From an uncultured Candidatus Saccharibacteria bacterium (GTDB lineage: Bacteria > Patescibacteriota > Saccharimonadia > Saccharimonadales > JBBQAJ01), in assembly GCA_964593805.1 (NCBI GenBank), contig CAZQHP010000001.1, positions 389,283 to 453,282 of the forward strand: a stretch of DNA of 64,000 bases, in the 5' to 3' direction. The position numbers were made by a program, and so were the translations under genes. Position 1 is the stretch's first letter, and every line of letters begins with the position of its first letter. This document shows positions 1 to 6,895 of the stretch, piece after piece. The notes under the pieces were generated by a model. The model was not told where the DNA came from and ran no database searches. It worked only from the letters and a program-made list of their open reading frames with translations.

Positions 1-153
1 ATTACAATACAAAACCACTTGGCTGTCTTTGGGTATCTCTTCCAAGCCCCGTGAATTATTCATTAGCCCGCTAAGCGGTATGTTCAGAGCCCCTTCCACG
101 TGTCCCAAAGCGTATTCACCAGCCTCCCGCACGTCAACAATAACTGTCCCCAT
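1..153 (-). CDS. Rhodanese-domain protein, N-terminal part (gene runs off the left edge)
   Basis: Minus-strand ATG at 153-151. My translation is MGTVIVDVREAGEYALGHVEGALNIPLSGLMNNSRGLEEIPKDSQVVLYCN, which fits the rhodanese pattern (DVRE..E...GH..GA.NIP...LYC). It is absent from the ORF track because it is truncated to 51 codons. A TATACT box (161-166, minus) lies 7 nt upstream of the ATG. Confidence 0.55.
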   Translation of the reverse strand, partial: MGTVIVDVREAGEYALGHVEGALNIPLSGLMNNSRGLEEIPKDSQVVLYCN

Positions 154-174
154 ATGAAAAAGTATAACAAATCG

Positions 175-197
175 TGGCTGGAGACGGGGGATTCGAA
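175..197 (-). repeat. 23-nt copy of the tRNA-Gln 3' end (att-like direct repeat)
   Basis: TGGCTGGAGACGGGGGATTCGAA (175-197) matches TGGCTGGGGAGGAGGGATTCGAA (1854-1876) at 20 of 23 positions in the same orientation. No matching 5' acceptor strand follows, so this is a fragment and not a gene. Confidence 0.6.
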
Positions 198-263
198 ACT
201 TTTCGTATGAATTTGCCGAAAGATACTTGCTGTTTATAATAAAAATGATATAGTATATTAATT

Positions 264-863
264 ATGTCACACTCTAGGCCGGGTGGAAGCTTGCAAGGAA
301 TCAACTGGTCTATTGAACGCGGCCTAGTTAAGCCAAGTCTTGCCGAAACGGCTGGGCTTGAAATATTAGGCGCAATTGCTACCGATCACCCTATGGTCAG
401 TTTTGACCATTCACAACCAGAGCATGGCTATACCGGCTATCTAATAGATGGGCTGGATGATATTAAGAAGAAAGATATTTCCGCCCCAGACTTTTGTTTT
501 AGTTCACTGATGGTAGTGAGGGGTGCGTTCACTCCGTTTAAAGATCCAGACTTGCTTGGGGATAAAGAGACATCGCACTACCACCAGGGCATGGTAAATG
601 TTCTTGAGCCCAGCGGCAGAGTGCCAGGCCATAGAGATAGTCAAACCTGGTCACTAGTTTTCGTAGCGCTGACGGCTAAAGCCAAAGCCAAGATAAAAGG
701 TCCGGGGGAAGGTGACTACACCGAAGAAATCCTTCGTCCAGGCGATGCGGTAGTAATTACGAATCCGAAGCAAAAAAGCCAACGTCCAAAACACGAAATT
801 ATAAATCTCTCTCGTTTACCGCGGGTATCTTACGGTGAATACACAACCCAACAAAGAAAATAA
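264..863 (+). CDS. Hypothetical protein, possible 2-oxoglutarate/Fe(II) oxygenase fold
   Basis: ORF track, 199 aa. Read by eye: H123-R-D125, then H177, then R187-V-S189. This is the HxD...H...RxS spacing of double-stranded beta-helix oxygenases. No other family recognised. Confidence 0.45.
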   Translation: MSHSRPGGSLQGINWSIERGLVKPSLAETAGLEILGAIATDHPMVSFDHSQPEHGYTGYLIDGLDDIKKKDISAPDFCFSSLMVVRGAFTPFKDPDLLGDKETSHYHQGMVNVLEPSGRVPGHRDSQTWSLVFVALTAKAKAKIKGPGEGDYTEEILRPGDAVVITNPKQKSQRPKHEIINLSRLPRVSYGEYTTQQRK

Positions 864-959
864 AAACACCAGCCAGGTTTAGAAATTACATACTGAAGGC
901 TTGGCTGGGGATCTAGCGAATGACTCTTGGCGAGGGATAGTTAACGAGGTGAGAATTGC

Positions 960-1838
960 TTAATCTGTAGGAGATGTCTTGACCGGTACATCTCCCAAAT
1001 TATGCCTCATCAATATATCTTTTGCTCTAGACTTTGCAGAGCCGGGCACATATACACCACTAGAGAGTTTAAGAACATGGTCTACGCTGAGGTTTTGAAG
1101 TATGTAACAGTTGTCCCTCACATTACATACCTGTCCGTTAACAGTGAATTTACCTTTTTTGAAGAACGAACTAATCCTACTAAGTTCCCTTTTTTCTGAT
1201 TCCGTAATTATTCGGGTATTTATTTTGTTTGTCATGTAGTTTTTGAAAGAGCTTGGTATTCTCCACTCATTCTGGTGGTAGTATGCAAGCTGCTTGTTGG
1301 TTTTTCCTGTAGGAGTAACCAATCTTATGAAGCCTTGTAAATTATCCGATAGAGTTTTAAAATTTACATTTTCTTGCCTGAATCGTATTAAATCAGGTTG
1401 ATGTTCATGCACGTACACAAGCACATCGTTTATATCCGCAAATGTTTTCATAAATAGACCGCTCATGGCTTCTGTGATGCTTGTACCTTGTGCGGTAAGT
1501 ACTGGTGATGGGGGTATGTAAATTGCTGGGAAAAGTCCAAGCTCATCTGTTGCCGTGGCATTGAACTCAATAGCAAATTCACCAAAAATTTTTGAATGTG
1601 CTTTTAGTTCAGATTTAGGGATACAGGTTAAACACAAGGTTGTTTCCAAATTCTCGACCGGGTTTCCGCGACTTCCGTCACGCAAAATCTGATAATACCT
1701 ATGTACTCGTGGTGTCAGTACAAAACCCAGCCGTGCCATAGAGTCCAGAACCTCAAGGCCTCTCTCAATTCTTCGTTCCTTGTTTAAGCCAGGCCTGCGG
1801 GGAAAATTATGATAAAAATACAATTTTGGTTGCGTCAT
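960..1838 (-). CDS. AbiGi-like abortive-infection family protein
   Basis: ORF track, 292 aa. Three blocks resemble the conserved blocks I recall for lactococcal AbiGi-type proteins (FCDIP......H...YG.YGI.....G..PV.Y and EREWR): FYHNFP near the N-terminus, LCLTCIPKSELKAHSKIFGEFAIEFN...GLFPAIYIP, and YYHQNEWRIP. Not verified by HMM. Confidence 0.5.
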   Translation of the reverse strand: MTQPKLYFYHNFPRRPGLNKERRIERGLEVLDSMARLGFVLTPRVHRYYQILRDGSRGNPVENLETTLCLTCIPKSELKAHSKIFGEFAIEFNATATDELGLFPAIYIPPSPVLTAQGTSITEAMSGLFMKTFADINDVLVYVHEHQPDLIRFRQENVNFKTLSDNLQGFIRLVTPTGKTNKQLAYYHQNEWRIPSSFKNYMTNKINTRIITESEKRELSRISSFFKKGKFTVNGQVCNVRDNCYILQNLSVDHVLKLSSGVYVPGSAKSRAKDILMRHNLGDVPVKTSPTD

Positions 1839-1853
1839 TTTAAATTGGCCTTA

Positions 1854-1927
1854 TGGCTGGGGAGGAGGGATTCGAACCCCCGATCGTGGAACCAGAATCC
1901 ACTGCCTTACCACTTGGCCACTCCCCA
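1854..1927 (-). tRNA. tRNA-Gln (anticodon CUG), CCA encoded
   Basis: The reverse complement is TGGGGAGTGGCCAAGTGGTAAGGCAGTGGATTCTGGTTCCACGATCGGGGGTTCGAATCCCTCCTCCCCAGCCA. It folds as a cloverleaf: acceptor TGGGGAG/CTCCCCA, anticodon stem GTGGA/TCCAC with loop TTCTGGT (anticodon CTG), T-loop TTCGAAT, discriminator G, then CCA. Confidence 0.9.
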
Positions 1928-2082
1928 ACGACTGCTACATTCTCTCAAATTATCGGGTTTTTCTCTAGTCTTGGCGCTGGGGCGGGCTGTGGTGTGAGGA
2001 AAATCACAGTGATTTGGTGCCAAGAAGCACGGATAAGTATTTTGAAATAGGTCACAATGTTGGGTAGGAAGGGAGAGTCATT

Positions 2083-2289
2083 ATGGCAGATTTAGAGAAT
2101 CAACAAACACCAGCCCAAGAACCTGAACTGGAATTGGCCAGCATTGCCGCGGCCGACACGCAGGCATCTTTTATTAGTGAATCTCCCGCGCTAGCGGCGC
2201 TTGAAGCCAAATTACTGCGGCGGCGCAAACGTGCCGAGCCCAACACTTACCGCCGGCCAGCCTACCTGCAATATATTGACTACGTTTAA
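2083..2289 (+). CDS. Small hypothetical protein (68 aa)
   Basis: ORF track only. GGGAGAG lies upstream of the ATG. No recognisable motif. Confidence 0.35.
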   Translation: MADLENQQTPAQEPELELASIAAADTQASFISESPALAALEAKLLRRRKRAEPNTYRRPAYLQYIDYV

Positions 2290-2303
2290 GCTACAATAGT
2301 GGC

Positions 2304-3197
2304 ATGCCCAAAAACGCTTCCAGGATTGCTGGCGCTGTCGGCACGGCCATATTCCTAGCCGTATTTATTCGTACGCCTAGTTTTCCCACGCCAGACAAAA
2401 TACTGGTGTTTGCCGCCCTGGCGGCTATGGCGTTTGGCCAGGCCAGGGAACTGCTCAAGCGATTTGTGCCGTTTGTGGCTTTACTGCTGGTATATGAATC
2501 ATTCAGGGGTCTGGCGCCTCAGCTGAACAGCTACGTCAACTACGGGTTTATGCCGGCGGCCGACAGGCTGCTGTTTTTTGGCCACTTGCCCACTACCCTG
2601 TTGCAAAATTTACTATGGCACGGGTACGTGCAATGGTATGACTTTGTGTTTTACGGCGCCTATACTCTGCATTTTGTACTGCCGTTTGCCCTGGCGGTGC
2701 TGATTTGGAAAACGCGCGAAAAACAATATTGGCGCTTTATCACTACCTTTTTGCTCGTTTCGTTCGCGGGGTTTCTAACTTTTCTGGCTTTCCCGGCCGC
2801 ACCGCCCTGGCTGGCCAGTGACAAGGGGCTGATAGAACCTATAGCCCATGTGTCATCCGCCATTTGGTACGCCTTTGGCATCCATGACTTTCCCAGCGTA
2901 TACAACAAAATTTCGCCAAATCCCGTGGCGGCCGTGCCATCCCTGCACGCCGCCTACTCCATGCTGTTCGCCTTGTTCCTGACCCGTATGTTCAAAACCA
3001 AATGGCGCTATTTGTCTTGGGTTTACCCGGCGCTCATCTGGATCGGCACCACCTATATGGGCGAACATTATGTGATAGACATAGTCATTGGAATCATCTA
3101 CGCGGTTTTGGGCTACTGGGCCGCCCCGTACGTACTGGCGCCAATCCAAAAAACCACCAAAAAACTTTTGCGTTTTAAAAATACCGTGCTACAGTAG
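2304..3197 (+). CDS. PAP2-superfamily integral membrane protein (AUR1/PAP2_3-like)
   Basis: 297 aa with multiple hydrophobic helices. PSLHAAYS and GEHYVIDIVIG match the PSGH and SRxxxxxHxxxD-type PAP2 motifs. TACAAT (2292-2297) lies 6 nt before the ATG. Confidence 0.7.
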   Translation: MPKNASRIAGAVGTAIFLAVFIRTPSFPTPDKILVFAALAAMAFGQARELLKRFVPFVALLLVYESFRGLAPQLNSYVNYGFMPAADRLLFFGHLPTTLLQNLLWHGYVQWYDFVFYGAYTLHFVLPFALAVLIWKTREKQYWRFITTFLLVSFAGFLTFLAFPAAPPWLASDKGLIEPIAHVSSAIWYAFGIHDFPSVYNKISPNPVAAVPSLHAAYSMLFALFLTRMFKTKWRYLSWVYPALIWIGTTYMGEHYVIDIVIGIIYAVLGYWAAPYVLAPIQKTTKKLLRFKNTVLQ

Positions 3198-3202
3198 GCG
3201 TA

Positions 3203-3380
3203 CTTTAACAACGTAAGAATATAAAGAGCGCAGCGAGAGATCTAGCTCAACGACCTGCCAGCAACCTATCTGAAAAGACAAGGTGCTCCATCTAGCCCGC
3301 CTGGCGGGAAAGATAAGTTTGCGCTGACATAAACGCATTATCAATCCTTTCCGCCGCTGTAGGCAGAAAGGATATTTTTT
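3203..3380 (+). promoter_or_regulatory. SAM-I-type (S-box-like) riboswitch, copy 1, upstream of split metE
   Basis: The core reads AAAGAGCGCAGCGAGAGATCTAGCTCAACGACCTGCCAGCAACC...AAGGTGCTCCATCTAGCCCGCCTGGCGGGAAAGATAAG. It aligns block by block with the S-box consensus AAGAG..GAGGGA.TGGCCC.ATGA....GCAACC...GGTGC.AATTCC.GC-hairpin-GAAAGATGAG. A second copy at 5434-5667 covaries in P2 and P4. A TGcTACAGT promoter at 3187-3195 overlaps the upstream stop codon. Confidence 0.7.
3344..3380 (+). terminator. Riboswitch expression-platform terminator
   Basis: ATCCTTTC (3344-3351) pairs with GAAAGGAT (3366-3373) and is followed by ATTTTTT and then the ATG at 3381. GGGAAAG at 3307-3313 can pair instead with CTTTCC as an antiterminator. 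Confidence 0.6.
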
Positions 3381-4295
3381 ATGTCAAACACTATTGAAGT
3401 GCTGAGCGCAGTCCACGGGATTGCGCCACGCAGCGACGAGCTGTTGCTGCTCGGCAGTGATCTGAGAAATGGTCGAGTTAGCCAATCAGCGTTCGACGAA
3501 CAAGTTGCTTTGGAGACAGAAGGCTGGCTGGCTTTGCAGGCCGAAGCTGGAATTAACCTCCGCGAAGACGGCAAATTGAGCTGGCAAGATCATTTGCGGC
3601 CGATAGTTAAAGCCACAAAGGGTTTTGCGCCACGTATTGATGACGCTCCCGTGACTCCATGGTACGAAGATAATCGATTTTATAGGCAGCCCACCGTCGT
3701 GAAAGAGCTGGATTTTGATGGCGAAGTGTTCGGCCGTTTGACGGGGCAACCAGGCGAATCGGTCAGCCTAATCGGGCCGCAAACGTTTTTCGAGCTTGTA
3801 AAAAGCAATCTATGGCCGGCCGAAACAGCCAAGGAAATAGAAAAACTGTACGTCCAACTCTGCGAGTACTATGCCGCCCAGGGGGTGCGCCATGTACTGT
3901 TCGAAGAGCCTGATGCTGGTTTGCAGCGGAAAAGCGCAGGAATTCAATTACACTCTTTCGTGCCCGTAGCTGAGGCACTCGGCATAGACATCGTAAAGAT
4001 ACCCTCTAGAATTTTTGAAACAGATGCGTCCGGACACGCCAAACGCACGCAGTGGAGCTACGGGCAAAAAAAGGCAGCGACGTGGCAGGCAACCACCATT
4101 GTCCGAGCGGTAGATGCTGGCAATACGGCTGAGGATGCACCGCTACAACCAACGATTGAAGTAGGCGGGCGCTATATACTTACGCACACTGTGGATTTGG
4201 AAAAAATACCGCTCAAACACGCACGTGACAAAGTAAAACGACTGGGTGAGTTTACCGCTAAGCTTCGTGGTGAGTTGGGGCAGCGCAATGACTGA
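3381..4295 (+). CDS. MetE N-terminal-domain homologue (Meth_synt_1-like) encoded as a separate polypeptide
   Basis: 304 aa. VTPWYEDNRFYRQPTVVKEL resembles the MTKWF.TNYHY.VPE block of the non-catalytic N-domain of cobalamin-independent methionine synthase. No zinc ligands. It sits directly behind a SAM riboswitch. Confidence 0.6.
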   Translation: MSNTIEVLSAVHGIAPRSDELLLLGSDLRNGRVSQSAFDEQVALETEGWLALQAEAGINLREDGKLSWQDHLRPIVKATKGFAPRIDDAPVTPWYEDNRFYRQPTVVKELDFDGEVFGRLTGQPGESVSLIGPQTFFELVKSNLWPAETAKEIEKLYVQLCEYYAAQGVRHVLFEEPDAGLQRKSAGIQLHSFVPVAEALGIDIVKIPSRIFETDASGHAKRTQWSYGQKKAATWQATTIVRAVDAGNTAEDAPLQPTIEVGGRYILTHTVDLEKIPLKHARDKVKRLGEFTAKLRGELGQRND

Positions 4296-5421
4296 AGCAT
4301 TACTAACGCAAGAAGTAGGAAGTCTGGCCAAACCAAATTGGCGGGTGGCAGCGGTTGCTGGACAAGAAATCACAGATGCCCACGTTGCTGAAGCGCTTGT
4401 TTGGGCAGAGCGTCTCGGTTTAGACAAGGATGAAATAGATTTTGCATTTAGCCGGATTCGCTCAGACGCTGATTGTTCTGAGGCGGAGTGTCGGGACTGG
4501 GCAAAGGAAAGCGCTCGGTTTTTGGCGGCTAGATTCGCGGTTAGACTACAGGAATCAGCTGGGCTGGACATCATATATGACGGAGAACAAGATCGCAGTG
4601 AAATGTATCAACACGCCGCCAGTCGGACTGAGGGATTTGAATGGCGTGGCCGGGTCCGAGTTTTTGACAATAATTCTTTCCGCAAGGCCGCGTGTACGGC
4701 ACAAGTAGGGATTTTGGAGCCGTGGCATACCGACGAAGTCGATCGTCTGGCAGAAATAGGAACCGATAAGCTCATAAAAGTGCCTGTTACCGGCGCTTAC
4801 ACACTGGCGGATTGGTCATATGACGAACATTACGGCAACCGGCGCGATTTTGTGCTGGACCTCGCCCGAAACGTAGTTCGGCCAAATGTAGCATCACTTT
4901 TAGAACAAGGTGTTTCGTGGGTACAGATTGATGAACCGGCAGCAACCACCAAGCCGGACGAAGTGCCGTTGTTTGTAGAAAGTTTCAACGAATCAGTTCG
5001 GGGTCTGCTGGGACAGTTTAGCGTGCATATCTGTTTTTCTGACTATTCTCTGCTCTTCCCGCATGTTGAGCAGCTAGAAAACTGTTCGCAGTTTTCGCTC
5101 GAATTTGCCAATCGCGACGACGCCCAGCTCGGCGTTGATGCCGCACATAGGCCGGCATACGAAATTCTTGCAGATCTGCGGCGGCATAACCCCGGTGCAG
5201 GTGTTGGACTTGGGGTTGTCAGCATTCACGAAGATAGTTTGGAATCCCCATTACTCGTGAGAGATCGCGTACTGCGGGCAGTTGATCTACTAGGCGATCC
5301 AGCCAAAGTTTTCCCTTCGCCGGACTGCGGTTTGCGCACCAGAAGCTGGGAGGTTACCTACGAAAAACTTGCCCGAACCGTGGCCGGAACTCAGCTTGCC
5401 CGCCAGGAACTTGGCGTGTGA
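4288..5421 (+). CDS. metE: Cobalamin-independent methionine synthase, catalytic (C-terminal) domain only
   Basis: Zinc-ligand motifs are VHICFSDY (HxC) and FPSPDCGLRTRSW (C). The GLDIIYDGEQDRSEMYQH block is also present. The ORF track starts at 4246. I prefer the ATG at 4288, which overlaps the upstream stop (ATGACTGA) and gives MTEALLTQEVGSLAKPNW. Confidence 0.8.
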   Translation: MTEALLTQEVGSLAKPNWRVAAVAGQEITDAHVAEALVWAERLGLDKDEIDFAFSRIRSDADCSEAECRDWAKESARFLAARFAVRLQESAGLDIIYDGEQDRSEMYQHAASRTEGFEWRGRVRVFDNNSFRKAACTAQVGILEPWHTDEVDRLAEIGTDKLIKVPVTGAYTLADWSYDEHYGNRRDFVLDLARNVVRPNVASLLEQGVSWVQIDEPAATTKPDEVPLFVESFNESVRGLLGQFSVHICFSDYSLLFPHVEQLENCSQFSLEFANRDDAQLGVDAAHRPAYEILADLRRHNPGAGVGLGVVSIHEDSLESPLLVRDRVLRAVDLLGDPAKVFPSPDCGLRTRSWEVTYEKLARTVAGTQLARQELGV

Positions 5422-5433
5422 TACAATGGGCTT

Positions 5434-5667
5434 ACTTAACAACTCAAAAGATATAAAGAGCGTGGGTTAGAGATCTAGCTCGATGCCTGTCCACCAAAGT
5501 ATTGGCGGCGGCGGAACCCACCAGCAACCCGTGGCAAGCAGCGTATCCCGAAAGGTTTACCCTGAGCTTGTCGAAGGGTGCTCCATCTAGTCCGCGTTAG
5601 CGGAGAAGATATTGACTCGCGATGAATATCCTTTCCGCTAGACATAAAGCTCAGAAAGGATTTTTTT
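5434..5667 (+). promoter_or_regulatory. SAM-I-type riboswitch, copy 2, upstream of metK
   Basis: It has the same core blocks as copy 1 (ATATAAAGAGCG, GAGATCTAGCTC, CCAGCAACC, GGTGCTCCATCTAG, AAGATA), with larger P2 and P3 insertions. P2 is GTGGGTT/AACCCAC (GCAG/CTGC in copy 1). P4 is TCCGC-GTTA-GCGGA (CCCGC-CTG-GCGGG in copy 1). A TGtgaTACAAT promoter at 5417-5427 overlaps the metE stop codon. Confidence 0.7.
5628..5667 (+). terminator. Riboswitch expression-platform terminator
   Basis: ATCCTTTC (5628-5635) pairs with GAAAGGAT (5654-5661). TTTTTT follows, then the metK ATG at 5668. Confidence 0.6.
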
Positions 5668-6783
5668 ATGACAAAAACAACTTTATTTACCAGCGAATCA
5701 GTCTGCGCCGGCCATCCGGACAAAATCTGCGACGCTATCAGCGACGCCCTGCTAGACGAAATTTTGCGGCAAGATCCACAGGGGCGTGCCGGGATTGAAT
5801 CGGTAGCCGGCGCCAATCAGATTTGCCTGTTTGGAGAAACAAAAACGACCGCAAAACTAGACAAAGAAGCCATTGTGCGCGAACTAGTCCAGCGGCTTGG
5901 CTATGCGGTGCCTGCCTGGGGGTTTTCCCAAGAATCCAGTTTTAGCGACGATATTCACCAGCAATCACCTGAAATTTCAATTGGGGTTGACCAAGAGGGC
6001 GCCGGCGACCAAGGCATGATGTTTGGCTACGCCTGCGACGAAACGCCGGAACTTATGCCGCTGCCAATCACGCTGGCTCACGCCCTGACTCGCCGTATAG
6101 ACGAAGTTCGCGAAAAGAAAATCCTAGACTACATTCGCCCCGACGGCAAAGCCCAAGTAACCATCCGTTATGAAGACGACAAACCAGTAGCAGTTGAAAA
6201 AGTTGTAATAGCAGTTGCTCATAGCGAAAACACCGACCCATCGACTGTGCACGCTGGAGTAGTCAAAGAAATCATCACGCCGGTTCTGGCCAAGTACAAA
6301 CTAGCCGTGCCAAGCGATGAAAACATCACCATAAATGGCACTGGTTTGTGGCACATCCCCGGGCCGGAATCAGACGCCGGACTAACTGGCCGCAAGATTG
6401 TGGTTGACGGCTACGGCGGCTACGCCCGCGTGGGCGGCGGCGCTTTTTCTGGCAAAGACCCGTCCAAAGTGGACCGTTCTGGCGCTTACGCCGCCCGCTA
6501 CATTGCCAAAAACATCGTAGCCGCGGGGCTGGCTACCAAGTGCGAAGTGGGACTGGCTTACGTAATTGGCCAGCCAAAACCGCTAATGCAAACCATAGAA
6601 ACCTTTGGCACCGCCACTGTTTCGGACGCGGAATTGCATGCTTTCAAAGACAAACTCATAGACACTTCCGTCAAAGGCATTATAGACACGCTAGACCTGC
6701 GCCGCCCCATCTATTCTCAAACGTCTGCCTATGGTCACTTTGGCAAAGACGGCTTGCCCTGGGAGAAGGTAGTAAAAGCTTAA
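5668..6783 (+). CDS. metK: S-adenosylmethionine synthetase
   Basis: 371 aa. FTSESVCAGHPDKICDAISDALLD, GAGDQGMMFGYA and GGGAFSGKDPSKVDRSGAYAARY are classic MetK signatures. Confidence 0.95.
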   Translation: MTKTTLFTSESVCAGHPDKICDAISDALLDEILRQDPQGRAGIESVAGANQICLFGETKTTAKLDKEAIVRELVQRLGYAVPAWGFSQESSFSDDIHQQSPEISIGVDQEGAGDQGMMFGYACDETPELMPLPITLAHALTRRIDEVREKKILDYIRPDGKAQVTIRYEDDKPVAVEKVVIAVAHSENTDPSTVHAGVVKEIITPVLAKYKLAVPSDENITINGTGLWHIPGPESDAGLTGRKIVVDGYGGYARVGGGAFSGKDPSKVDRSGAYAARYIAKNIVAAGLATKCEVGLAYVIGQPKPLMQTIETFGTATVSDAELHAFKDKLIDTSVKGIIDTLDLRRPIYSQTSAYGHFGKDGLPWEKVVKA

Positions 6784-6895
6784 ATTCTTTCCACGCCCGC
6801 AAAGAGGCTAAAACAGTTGTAGATATTTGACGCTTATGGTATAATGTTCCTTAGAATGTGAGAGCGCTTGCATAACGGGCGCTCTTTGAATTTAT

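Larger units (their letters stand above)
175..1927. mobile_element. Putative integrated islet at tRNA-Gln with no integrase (degraded or satellite-type)
   Basis: The intact tRNA-Gln 3' end at 1854 and its 23-nt repeat at 175-197 bracket two convergent accessory genes (264-863 and 960-1838). By eye these are AT-richer than the flanks. The geometry (island downstream of the tRNA 3' end) is the canonical one for tRNA-targeting integrative elements. Confidence 0.5.

Noticed and set aside
1809-2050. Two ORF-track entries (1809-1997 and 1853-2050) overlapping the tRNA-Gln.
   Set aside because: They read straight through a cloverleaf-folding tRNA gene and its promoter region. I treat them as spurious.
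4246-4295. The 50-nt overlap between the two metE ORFs in the ORF track, considered as evidence of a frameshifted pseudogene.
   Set aside because: An in-frame ATG at 4288 reduces the overlap to the common ATGACTGA coupling arrangement. Both halves keep intact domain motifs. The pseudogene alternative is retained only as a refutation test in the split-metE finding.
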